From: Desulfuromonadales bacterium | GTDB taxonomy: Bacteria > Desulfobacterota > Desulfuromonadia > Desulfuromonadales > JACZKF01 | DNA length: 64,000 bases | Reading direction: 5' to 3' | Assembly: GCA_050485365.1 (NCBI GenBank) | Contig: JBJHBH010000006.1 | Coordinates: 6,985-70,984 of the forward strand | Shown: positions 49,667 through 58,622 of the stretch, piece by piece | Numbering within the stretch: position 1 is the stretch's first letter | Layout: every line of letters begins with the position of its first letter | Position numbers and translations under genes: made by a program | The notes under the pieces: model-generated | The model's database searches: none | What the model was told of the DNA's origin: nothing | Seen by the model: the letters and a program-made list of their open reading frames with translations, nothing else

Positions 49667-50146
49667 TCATTGAAGGCGCGCGACGATTTCATCTACCTGG
49701 GAATTGACCAGGCCGAATTGCGGATCGGTCTGCACCAGGCGTTCTTGAAGAGCCTCCATGTCGCTGCGGTCATCGAGAATGACGTAGCTCGCGACCGGCA
49801 CGGGGGCCTGCTGCAGCCAGGCCGAAATTTCGGCGCCACGGGTCACCTCCGCCAGGCAGGGGGTCACTCCGACAACCCGTCCCCGAGCGTGTGCCCCGGC
49901 TTGAACCAGGATCTCCTCCAGTTCTTCCACACTGGCGCCAATGCGCCACATCGAGGTAACGACAATGGCGGCGCCGGTGCGATCGACCACCGCGTTGAGC
50001 GCCTCGATGTTGGCGCTCTCAAAGAGCTCCCCACGGGCCAGCGTCTCTGCCGTATTCAGCACGTCGTCAAAGTCGAGAAAGAGGATTTTCGCTGCGCTCC
50101 TCGTTTGCTCTTCACTGTGTGCACTCATTTGTGTGACGGTTCTCAT
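49667..50146 (-). CDS. HAD-like domain protein
   Basis: ILFLDFDDVLNT (DxD motif) ... YVILDDRSD. Confidence 0.6.
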   Translation of the reverse strand: MRTVTQMSAHSEEQTRSAAKILFLDFDDVLNTAETLARGELFESANIEALNAVVDRTGAAIVVTSMWRIGASVEELEEILVQAGAHARGRVVGVTPCLAEVTRGAEISAWLQQAPVPVASYVILDDRSDMEALQERLVQTDPQFGLVNSQVDEIVARLQ

Positions 50147-50200
50147 GACTCTTCTCCTCTGCTCCTACCTTTTTTTTCCTACGACTCAACAATAACACAG

Positions 50201-50218
50201 ATAGACCGGTCTGTCTAG
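50201..50218. promoter_or_regulatory. TetR-operator candidate C (upstream of HAD-like gene, divergent from the DUF421 fragment)
   Basis: ATAGACCGGTCTGTCTAG, containing the perfect palindrome AGACCGGTCT. Confidence 0.5.
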
Positions 50219-50279
50219 TGGGGTGATAAGGTTCCAATATCTTTTCACGCATACCTTGCAGCAGGAGGCGCATTTAGCC

Positions 50280-50492
50280 ATGTTTCTCGATAGCGTGCAA
50301 ATTCTGGGGCGAACGCTGATCACGGGGGTCCTCGCCTACATCCTCATCGTTCTTGTTCTGCGGTTGACGGGAAAGCGGACCCTTTCCAAGTGGAACGCCT
50401 TCGACTTCATCGTGACTGTTGCGCTCGGATCGGCCCTTGCCAACGTCATCCTCTCCAGGGACGTCTCTCTGGCGCAAGGGGCGACAGATTGA
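50280..50492 (+). pseudogene. truncated DUF421 (YetF-like) membrane protein, N-terminal part only
   Basis: MFLDSVQILGRTLITGVLAYILIVLVLRLTGKRTLSKWNAFDFIVTVALGS is the usual N-terminus of DUF421 proteins. The frame stops after about 70 aa. Confidence 0.5.
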
Positions 50493-50679
50493 GCGCATCC
50501 GCGCCTTGGGAGAGGAGAACCAAGCTCTTCGGCGGAGGGTCATGCCCGCGCGTATTACGGAGAGAATTTCGTCGCGTGGAAAAACGACGCGGCCACCCCC
50601 TCGGATGAGGAGATGGCCGCGTCGTGAGAAAGTTTCAGGCAAATCCTGAGCAAGTCATGCTCTAAGTACCTGAACTCAT

Positions 50680-50699
50680 TGGGGTGGCGGGAATCGAAC
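50680..50699 (-). other. tRNA 3'-end fragment (T-loop/acceptor), candidate att repeat marking the left end of the element
   Basis: The minus strand reads GTTCGATTCCCGCCACCCCA. No D or anticodon arms lie upstream, so it is not an intact tRNA gene. The sequence composition changes here. Confidence 0.6.
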
Positions 50700-51068
50700 A
50701 ATATTGAAATCTATGGCTTTTTCGGCCACACCAATCGGTCATGCCCCCAATGTTGCCCCCACACTTGTTTGCTCCCATCCCCTCTGAGCATCTCTGAAAT
50801 TATTTTGCGCCACCCAGCATTGCTCCTTCCTTTCTATGCTCTCCAGCGTCGCACTCTCCAAGACAGTTAAATTTTTCACTTTTGCGTATTTTCAACCACT
50901 TGGAAAGAGTGTGTTAATTCTAATGTGTGATAAGTACCCCCCTTTACCCAAAACGCTAACCACCTGTAATTGCAGGGCTTTTTCATTGACACGCGGCGTT
51001 TGCAATGATACCTTTAATCAGAATCAAGGAACCCTCGGGCACTACTTTTTAAAGGAGGAGAACAAAAG

Positions 51069-51341
51069 ATGACAAAAGAGAAAAGGTTCAAGTTTTCCGA
51101 TCACCTCGACCGCTACCCGCCGATCATCGCCAGGGTCGATATTGCCAAACACTTCCCCTTTCTGACGCCAAAGACTATGGCGAACCTCGACTCTTTGCAG
51201 CAAGGTCCGCCTGAAGCAATCCGAGCGGGGGGGCGGACTCTATACCCAACCCCTGCCCTGCTCCGCTGGCTCGACTCTCGGAGCTGTCGCCGAGGCCGAG
51301 GCCGGCCTCGGAAAACCCCTCATCCGCCGGAGGCGGCATGA
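51069..51341 (+). CDS. small DNA-binding protein with C-terminal AT-hook, AlpA/excisionase-like
   Basis: 90 aa. ...LYPTPALLRWLD... followed by RRGRGRPRKTP (RGRP AT-hook core). RBS AAAGGAGGAG. Confidence 0.4.
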   Translation: MTKEKRFKFSDHLDRYPPIIARVDIAKHFPFLTPKTMANLDSLQQGPPEAIRAGGRTLYPTPALLRWLDSRSCRRGRGRPRKTPHPPEAA

Positions 51342-51503
51342 TGAGATCCGGGACAACAAAAGGGACAAAACGACGAAACCCTCGACGTTGGCGCGTCGAG
51401 GGTCCCAATTCTGTTCACTCAATCCCCAGGCCTCCGAAGCCTCCGCAGGAGAATGAGCTATGGATAAAACCGTATCAAATAGCGGCTTAAGAATCAAGCG
51501 GAA

Positions 51504-51539
51504 ACAACGATCACAACGATCACAACGATCACAACGATC
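51504..51539. repeat. 4 x 9-bp tandem repeat (ACAACGATC)
   Basis: Read directly. Lies about 100 nt upstream of the rep-like start. Confidence 0.9.
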
Positions 51540-51635
51540 GAATGCTTGCATTATGCTTGCTAAATGCAAGCAAAACACCGCCGACGATGCTTGCAAAATG
51601 ATTGCATCCTCCCTTTGCACTCTGGGGAGGGTATC

Positions 51636-52469
51636 ATGTCGATAGTCCGAGTTAAAAAAACATGCAGATTCACTGTGTTGGCCAATGACACGCTCCAGGA
51701 CTCTTCTTTGTCTCTGGAATCTTTAGGTCTGCTCGCGAGGCTCCTTTCCTACCCTGATGGATGGAATATTAGAATGGGGCACCTGATGCAAAAATGCAAA
51801 ATAGGAAGGGACAAGCTGCGGCGACTCATCGACGAGCTGCAAGCGGCGGGCTATTTGGAGAGAGACAAAGTCCAGGGACCTGGGGGCAAGTGGGAATGGC
51901 CTTGCACAATCTTCGAGAGTCCACAAGAAAGATTAAAAATTTTGCACGGGAAATCCGTCGACGGTTCACCCGTCGATGGTTCACCCGTCGACGGTGAACA
52001 CGTCGATATATTAAGTACCGATCTAGCAAGAACAGAATCAAAAAAGACCGAGAGAGAAACCACCAACCACCAAAACCAAACCGGGGACGGTGCCGGTGGT
52101 GGTGCGCTCTCTTTCTCAAACGTGAGTCTTAACCAAAGTCAAAGGCAAAGGCGTGGGGAAGCGTGGGCGGCACTCTCTGCGCAGGATAAGGACATGCTCC
52201 CCGACTACTTGAGGATGGGGATGAAGTTTGGAGGCAAGGCCGGCGGCCCGCCACGAAACCCTGCAGGGTGGGCCGTGGCGGCCGAGCGGCGAATCTTAGC
52301 CCAGGGGGGCCTCTCTCAGATCGACGATGCCCAATTTGGGGAATGGGTGAAAAGAGAGACTCGCGCGCTCGACAAAGAAGAAAAGACCGATTTTGCAGGT
52401 GAAGGTGATATGCCTTCCATCCGCTCCAAAGAAGACCGAGAGCGGTGGCGAAGAGAGCTTCTCGCCTGA
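51636..52469 (+). CDS. winged-helix replication-initiator-like protein (plasmid/phage Rep or DnaD-N-like HTH)
   Basis: Start MSIVRVKK after GGGGAGGG. FTVLANDTLQDSSLSLESLGLLARLLSYPDGWNIRMGHLMQKCKIGRDKLRRLIDELQAAGYLER pattern. Internal SPVDG repeats encoded by a 15-bp tandem repeat at 51955-52005. Confidence 0.5.
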   Translation: MSIVRVKKTCRFTVLANDTLQDSSLSLESLGLLARLLSYPDGWNIRMGHLMQKCKIGRDKLRRLIDELQAAGYLERDKVQGPGGKWEWPCTIFESPQERLKILHGKSVDGSPVDGSPVDGEHVDILSTDLARTESKKTERETTNHQNQTGDGAGGGALSFSNVSLNQSQRQRRGEAWAALSAQDKDMLPDYLRMGMKFGGKAGGPPRNPAGWAVAAERRILAQGGLSQIDDAQFGEWVKRETRALDKEEKTDFAGEGDMPSIRSKEDRERWRRELLA

Positions 52470-52475
52470 CCTATT

Positions 52476-52514
52476 AAATCCCGCCACCCCGGGTGGCGGG
52501 ATTTTCATCTTTTG
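52476..52514 (+). terminator. rho-independent terminator of the rep-like gene
   Basis: AAATCCCGCCACC-CCG-GGTGGCGGGATTT followed by TCATCTTTT. Confidence 0.8.
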
Positions 52515-52515
52515 C

Positions 52516-52623
52516 CCCTTCGACCCCTTCGACCCCTTCGACCCTTTCGACCCCTTCGACCCTTTCGACCCCTTCGACCCCTTCGACCCCTTCGACCCCT
52601 TCGACCCCTTCGACCCCTTCGAC
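52516..52623. repeat. tandem array 1: 12 x 9 bp, unit CCCTTCGAC
   Basis: Counted unit by unit. Two units are CCTTTCGAC. Confidence 0.97.
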
Positions 52624-52731
52624 CGTTTGGAGCGTTTAGAGCGTTTAGAGCGTTTAGAGCGTTTAGAGCGTTTAGAGCGTTTAGAGCGTTTAGAGCGTTT
52701 AGAGCGTTTAGAGCGTTTAGAGCGTTTAGAG
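52624..52731. repeat. tandem array 2: 12 x 9 bp, unit CGTTTAGAG
   Basis: Counted unit by unit. The first unit is CGTTTGGAG. Confidence 0.97.
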
Positions 52732-52839
52732 CTGTTGGAGCTGTTGGAGTTGTTGGAGCTGTTGGAGCTGTTGGAGCTGTTGGAGCTGTTGAAGCTGTTG
52801 GAGCTGTTGGAGCTGTTGGAGCTGTTGAAGCTGTTGGAG
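52732..52839. repeat. tandem array 3: 12 x 9 bp, unit CTGTTGGAG
   Basis: Counted unit by unit. Variants are TTGTTGGAG (1) and CTGTTGAAG (2). Confidence 0.97.
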
Positions 52840-53038
52840 CTGCTTTCTGTTGAACAAACTTTTTTGTTGTTTTATATCAAGACATCATCAGCGAAAATTA
52901 GAATAGATGTCAAGAACACAAAAACACTTGACGACGAAAATGCAGAGCGAGAGAATCGACATGTGATTATTTGCACACCCGACTCACCTACGGTGTCGTC
53001 AGGTGCTCAACCAAAAGACTGGAGAGCTAGACGGGATG

Positions 53039-53226
53039 CGCGTTTACAACGAAAACAGAAATGTTTACACGGATAGAATGTTTATCAGGACGTCTCAGCG
53101 TTTACACCGAAAACATCACTGTTTACATATGTAGTCGCTCTTGTAGTCGGTTTGTAGTTTGCCTTGTAGTCGGATTGTAAACAGAGAATGCAGGTTTACA
53201 AACGTAAACAAAAGGGAGGTTTACGA
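53039..53226. promoter_or_regulatory. putative oriT / RHH operator region
   Basis: About 9 GTTTACA/TGTAAAC motifs, including two roughly 30-bp direct repeats (53039-53069, 53098-53127). Five TGTAG(T) motifs are phased at 11-12 bp (53129-53183). The region sits directly upstream of the RHH-T4CP-relaxase operon. Confidence 0.55.
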
Positions 53227-53508
53227 ATGAAAACATCAGCAGTTGTGTCGGTCAGGATCGACCAGGAAACCCAAAGAAGAATTGTCCAGGCAGCAGAGAA
53301 GCAGGGCTCGACGGCGGCGGAGTTTATCCGCCAAGCAGTCCAGTCCGAGCTCGAGCGCCTCGGGGGCGGAGGGATCGAGGGCGCTCTCGCTGCTCTTGAA
53401 AACCGCATCTCCGATCGTCTCTCCCAAATCCCCCGCCTCGTGATCGAGGAAAATCTTGCCGTCGCCCGCCGCGCCCGGGAGGCCCAGGCTCAGCAGGGGA
53501 GGAATTAA
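53227..53508 (+). CDS. ribbon-helix-helix relaxosome accessory protein (TrwA/MobC-like position)
   Basis: Start MKTSAVVSVRIDQETQRRIVQAAEKQGSTAAEFIRQAV after GGGAGG. RHH pattern. Confidence 0.65.
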   Translation: MKTSAVVSVRIDQETQRRIVQAAEKQGSTAAEFIRQAVQSELERLGGGGIEGALAALENRISDRLSQIPRLVIEENLAVARRAREAQAQQGRN

Positions 53509-53510
53509 TC

Positions 53511-55685
53511 ATGGAAAAACGCCACGAAATCCCCTGCCCGACCCGGCCCCCCTGGCGAAACCCTGTAGAAATGATGTGGCTATTTGCCGGCGGCGCGCTC
53601 CTCGGCCTGACCCTTTGCCTTGCGGCCGCATGGGGGGCAGGTGTCCATCTAGACCTGATCAACACATCATGGCCCCCCTGGCGGCAGGTCGCCGCGGCGT
53701 GGAAAATCGGATGGTGGGCAATTTTTGCCCTCGTCGAACCAGGAAAATATGCCCAAAAATATGCGCAAATTTACGCGAATACGGGGGGGAATGTCAGCGG
53801 CTGGTTTGCGGTCGCCGGGCTCGGGGTCATCTCTGCTATCTCTCTTTCTGCGCTGAGCATGGCGTGGTTCTGCTCCACCCCTCCCGAAAACCCTGTCCAC
53901 GTCCGAGGTCGAAAAATTTCGACCGCTCCTGCAGATGCCCAAAAATCCTTGAATGGCTCCAGGAAGCGCAGCGGCGTCGGCCTGCCGGTCCATCCCGACG
54001 TAGAGATGAGTCAGGATCTGGAAAGTAAGCACATGATGATTGTGGGGGCGACGGGCGAGGGCAAAACCACCATCCTCTCCCCCCTGATCTGTGAAGCGAT
54101 CCGGAGAAATGACAAGTGCCTGATTTTTGATCCGAAGCCTGATTTTACAGAATGGATTCCGGGGCATGCCGTGATCCTTGCCCCATGGGACGAGCGCGGT
54201 GCGGCGTGGAATATGGGCGCGGACGTTTTGGACAAAGGGGACGCCGAGACGCTGGCGATGCGCTTCATCCCCGGCCAAGAGGTCCCCTGGGATCCTGGTG
54301 CTCGAATCATTCTCGAAGCGGCGATCATCGAATGCCAGCAGACCAAGGGGCAGAAATGGGGGCCGATCGACATCATCAAAATCCTAATCGACGATGATGA
54401 GATCATGAGAACGGTCAAAGAACACAAGCCGCTCGGCTCGCGCGTGGTCGCTGAGATGGCCAGCAAAACGACGCAATCGTTACTCATTACTCTCTCTGCA
54501 CAGCTCGGACAATTTGAAAATCTTGCCGAGTGGTCGCACGGAAAACCTAAATTCTCTTTTCGAAGATGGCTTCTCGGCCAGGCCGGAGAGGGGACTTGGG
54601 GGACGGTCATCATGGCGGCGAATGACCGGTATCGCTCACTCTCCTCGACCTACTGTCAATCAATAGTCTCTATCTGCACGTCGATCATCTGCAGCCCAGA
54701 TTTCCGCAAAAAAGAAAAGGTCTGGCTCTTCCTCGACGAGTTGCCGCAATTAGGCAAAATGCCTGAATTGTCGCAACTTTTAGCGGTCGGCAGGTCGAAA
54801 GGGTGCCGCGTCGTAATGGGCACACAAGACATTTCTCAAATCAGAGATATCTACGGCGTGCATCAGGCTCAAGCATGGGCAAGCATGTTCGGCACTTGGA
54901 TCATCGTGCGAATCAAGGGCACAGAATCGCCGAAATGGTTTAGCGAACTTCTCGGCGAGCGCGAAATCTGGCGCTGGAGCCCCGGAGCGCAGCGCGACGT
55001 GACGAGCGGAGCGGCGACGAGCGTGTCTGAGTCGTGGCGCAGGGAGCGCGAGCCCGTCATTTTTCCAGACGAATTCACCGATCTTATTGGCGCAGGAGAC
55101 GACGGAATCGACGGGATTTTCTATGTTCCCGGCAATGACACTGTTTATCTGCTGCATTGGGATTTCTTCACGCCTGAAAAGGTCCGCGAAAACCACATCC
55201 AACATACCCCCGCGCGCATCAGAGAAATCCTTAATGGTGGTGGAGTCGCCCCCCCGGCGGCGGCACAAGAAAAAGCGGCACCCGGAGGGAATCAAGAGAT
55301 CGAGCCCGAAGCCAGCGAACCGGAGGCCCAGGAAGTCCCGGAGGCCGAAGTTGAGCCGGAAAAAATCGAGGCCGGCGACCCAGACCCCGAAACCTTTTTT
55401 CCACCCGAGATTGACGAAATAGAAAATTCCGATGATGAAAGTGATGAAAACCACGATAACCAAAACCAAAGCGCAGACGCCCTTGCCGACGTCGGTTCAG
55501 AAATCGCCGGAGGCACTTTTGACGCAATAGTCGACCCCATGAGCGCGGCGGTTTCGGCCATAGAAATCGTCGAAAACATCGCGGGTTCCGGAAGTCATAA
55601 GGCCAACACCCCTTCCCTTGCTGAGGATGTTGCAGGCCTGCTGGTCGGCGGGGAGATCGAAGAACAGGAGACCGAAAAATGCTGA
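53511..55685 (+). CDS. type IV coupling protein (TraG/VirD4/TrwB family)
   Basis: N-terminal TM segments, Walker A GATGEGKT, Walker [13 protein letters not shown], and an acidic C-terminal tail. Confidence 0.85.
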   Translation: MEKRHEIPCPTRPPWRNPVEMMWLFAGGALLGLTLCLAAAWGAGVHLDLINTSWPPWRQVAAAWKIGWWAIFALVEPGKYAQKYAQIYANTGGNVSGWFAVAGLGVISAISLSALSMAWFCSTPPENPVHVRGRKISTAPADAQKSLNGSRKRSGVGLPVHPDVEMSQDLESKHMMIVGATGEGKTTILSPLICEAIRRNDKCLIFDPKPDFTEWIPGHAVILAPWDERGAAWNMGADVLDKGDAETLAMRFIPGQEVPWDPGARIILEAAIIECQQTKGQKWGPIDIIKILIDDDEIMRTVKEHKPLGSRVVAEMASKTTQSLLITLSAQLGQFENLAEWSHGKPKFSFRRWLLGQAGEGTWGTVIMAANDRYRSLSSTYCQSIVSICTSIICSPDFRKKEKVWLFLDELPQLGKMPELSQLLAVGRSKGCRVVMGTQDISQIRDIYGVHQAQAWASMFGTWIIVRIKGTESPKWFSELLGEREIWRWSPGAQRDVTSGAATSVSESWRREREPVIFPDEFTDLIGAGDDGIDGIFYVPGNDTVYLLHWDFFTPEKVRENHIQHTPARIREILNGGGVAPPAAAQEKAAPGGNQEIEPEASEPEAQEVPEAEVEPEKIEAGDPDPETFFPPEIDEIENSDDESDENHDNQNQSADALADVGSEIAGGTFDAIVDPMSAAVSAIEIVENIAGSGSHKANTPSLAEDVAGLLVGGEIEEQETEKC

Positions 55686-58435
55686 GCATCGCAGCAATCC
55701 AAAACCTCAATTACTACAGCAATTTAGCGCAAGAAGACTACTACAACAACGGCGGCGAGCCCCCGGGGCGGTGGATGGGATCCGGAATTTCGGCGCTTGG
55801 CTTGTCCGGCGAGGTCGAATTAGAACAGTATCACCGGATTTTTGCAGGTTATCATCCTGAAACCGGCGAAAAACTTGTGCAAAGCGCTGGCAGCGAGAAC
55901 CACCGTCGGGGTTGGGATTTTTCATTCAGCGCGCCAAAGTCAGTTTCGACCATATGGAGCCAAAGCGACCCGGTGCAACGCTCCGCGATCCAAGCCGCGC
56001 AAGATAGAGCCGTCCAAGCCGCCCTCAAACACCTGGAGAGCGTAGCAATCACGCGACGCGGAAAAGGCGGGGCCGAGGCCGAGCGCCCGGCGGGCCTCGT
56101 GGCGGCGAGTTACGAGCACAGCACGAGCCGCGCCCAAGACCCTCAGCTTCACACACATCTCTTAATTTCAAATCTATGTGCCCGGAATGACGGTACTTTC
56201 GGCACCCTCGAAACGAAAGAGATGTTTAGTCACAAAATGGCGGCGGGGGCCATTTTCCGCGCCCAACTCGCCGCCGAGCTCCAGGCGCTCGGCTATAAAA
56301 TCGAGCGTGACGGCGACTCTTTCCGAATCGCCGGCTCTCCCCGAGAGCTCGAAAAGGAATTTTCGAAGAGGCGCGAAGAGATCGAAAAAAGTCTTGCAGA
56401 ATCGGGACATACCGGAGCGAAGGCAAGCGAAATAGCTGCGCTCGATTCCAGGTCGAAAAAAGAGGCCCGCCCGCGCTCAGAACTGTTTGCCGAATGGCAG
56501 GACACGGGCCGCGAACACGGATATGACCATGAATCGGTTTTGAGTGCAGAAATCGACCCGGAAAAAGCCCCTGCATTCCCTCCCATCGAGGACCTTCTCT
56601 ATAAATTGACCGAGCGCGAATCAACATTCCGCGAGGCCGATATCTGGAAACTCGTGGCCGTTGAAGCGCAGGGGGTCATGAATGCCGAGCAGATCCGCGC
56701 CCAGGTCGAACAGCTCCTCGACTCTCCGGAACTCATCAGACTCGAAAAGCCCCTTTCCGAAGCCACCACCCCCCGCCCCCCGGAGGTCCGTTGGTCCACC
56801 CGGGAAATGGTCCGAATCGAGAAAAACATGATCGAAACCGCCGCCACCCTGGCCGGGCAGCCCTCCCATCAGGTCAGCGAATCAGCGATGGAAGCCGCGC
56901 GGGCGGGGCGGACGCTGAGCGAGCAGCAGGACCAAGCCCTGCAGCACATCACCGCCCCGGGAGGCGCCGCCGTCCTGGTCGGCATGGCGGGAGCGGGAAA
57001 AAGTTATTTGTTGGGCGCAGCCCGGGAGGCTTGGGAAAAATCGGGATACGAGGTCAGGGGCGCGGCGCTGGCCGGGAAAGCCGCGAGCGGTCTACAGATC
57101 GAAAGCGGGATAAAAAGCCAGACGATTCATTCTCTTCTGCGCGAAATCGAAGAAGGGAAAACGACCCTAACCCCCAAAACGATATTGGTGATCGACGAGG
57201 CCGGAATGGTAGGCAGTCGTCAAACGGCGAAACTACTGGAACTGACGCAAAAATCGGGCGCGAAACTCGTCCTCGTCGGAGATGATAAACAGCTGCAGCC
57301 AGTCGATGCCGGAGGCAGTTTTAAGGCGATCTCGAACGAAATCGGGCACTTCGAGCTCACAGAAATCCGGCGTCAGAAAGAAGCTTGGGCGGTCAATACC
57401 GTGCATCAATTTGCGCGGGGCGAAGCAGCCGCGGCGCTCACGGAGTATCACGAGCGGGGACTTCTTCATATCGCGGAAAACCGCGATGGCGCGATAAAAG
57501 ACCTTATTGAGACTTGGAACAATCAAGCCGGCTGTTCAAGCCCAGCAGAGCATCTAATCTTAGGCTCAACGCGCGTCGAGGTCGCGCAACTGAACGACCT
57601 CGCACGCGAAAAAATGTGAGAAAATGGGCTCTTCGGCGCAAAGTGCGAAGTCTCGACAGAGTCCCACGGCAAACTTGAGTTTGCCGAAGGCGATCGAATC
57701 CTTTTCGGTCGGAATTCCAAACAAGTCAATGTCGAAAACGGTGTGCTCGGCACCGTGACGCGGATTTTACCATCACGCGACGGCAAAGGCATGCGGCTCA
57801 CGGTCAAAACGGATGACGGTCGTTCAGTCCAATTCGACAGCGAGAAATACGGCCATATTTCGCACGGTTATGCCGTCACAACTCACAAATCACAGGGCGT
57901 TTCGGTGAAGTGCGCGTATGTTTTAGGCGGGGGCAGCATGGCGTCTAGGGAAATGACATATGTGCAAATGTCGCGATTTAAAGAGGTGGCGCGACTCTTT
58001 CTCAACAAAAAAGAAGTCGAACAATCGCTGAAATCCGCCGCCGCAGCGGCCGGCCTCGACACCATCCCCCCAACCGAAAAAATGATCAAATTCGCCGAAT
58101 CCATCAGCGAATCAGAAGGTTACCCCCTGCCGAAGGGCTATCAAGAAGACTTCTGGGCTTGCCGATCTTATCTCGACAAATATTCAGAGATTTACCTTGG
58201 CGGAAAGAATGATACAAAAACGATCAACGGAGATAAAATCGAGCCTCCAGAAGTCTTCACGCAGATCGAACAAGCAATAAAACAGATGGAAAAAGCAAAA
58301 CAAAAAGAGACTACGCTCGCCTATAAAACTGCTGAACAACAAAAGAATGTTAGTAATACAATGCACGATACCAAACACACTATTGTGCATCAAAACATAA
58401 ATCAACTTGAACTAGAATTAGAGCTTGAAATGTGA
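55679..58435 (+). pseudogene. MOBF (TrwC/TraA-type) relaxase-helicase interrupted by one in-frame TGA at 57617-57619
   Basis: YY...EDYY...GEPPGRWMG relaxase N-terminus, [19 protein letters not shown] His triad, and helicase Walker A GMAGAGKS. Track ORF 57743..58435 (GYAVTTHKSQG motif) is in the same frame, and the codons between them are open and homologous-looking (EFAEGDRILFGRN). Confidence 0.85.
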
Positions 58436-58481
58436 ACCAAAGTATGTATTATTAAGTTACATAACAACAACGGAGGGCAAA

Positions 58482-58601
58482 ATGAAAGAAAATCAGAAAG
58501 AAACAAAAGCAGATCGGTCAATGTCGGCACCAACGCAAGCAGAAAAATATTTTATTGTCATTTTGTTGACGGTCATGGCGACGGTCATTTTGACTAAATA
58601 A
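58482..58601 (+). CDS. 39-aa single-TM peptide (hypothetical)
   Basis: GGAGGG RBS 6 nt upstream. MKENQKETKADRSMSAPTQAEKYFIVILLTVMATVILTK. Confidence 0.3.
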   Translation: MKENQKETKADRSMSAPTQAEKYFIVILLTVMATVILTK

Positions 58602-58622
58602 ACAAATTCAGGAGGTGCAATT

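Noticed and set aside
50680-50760. An intact tRNA gene at the element boundary.
   Set aside because: Only the T-loop and acceptor 3' end are present. The sequence upstream on the minus strand cannot form the T-stem 5' arm, anticodon arm, D arm or a complementary acceptor 5' strand.
52476-52504. The terminator hairpin shares TCCCGCCACCCC (12 nt) with the tRNA fragment at 50680-50699, which could be read as an internal att site of two tandem elements.
   Set aside because: The match is only 11-12 nt. The sequence is a perfect palindrome followed by a T-rich tail, which a terminator fully explains. No integrase gene is associated with the left 1.8 kb.
52393-53076. ORF encoding (PFD)12(RLE)12(LLE)12, and the overlapping ORF 52512..52853.
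   Set aside because: The frames stay open only because the repeat unit is 9 bp. The start is a TTG inside the rep-like gene's 3' end with no RBS. A strong terminator precedes the arrays, and every frame is equally open.
57617-57619. Selenocysteine or other recoding at the relaxase TGA.
   Set aside because: No SECIS-like hairpin is evident immediately downstream, and relaxases have no redox-active residue expected here. A nonsense mutation, a sequencing error or simple readthrough is more parsimonious.
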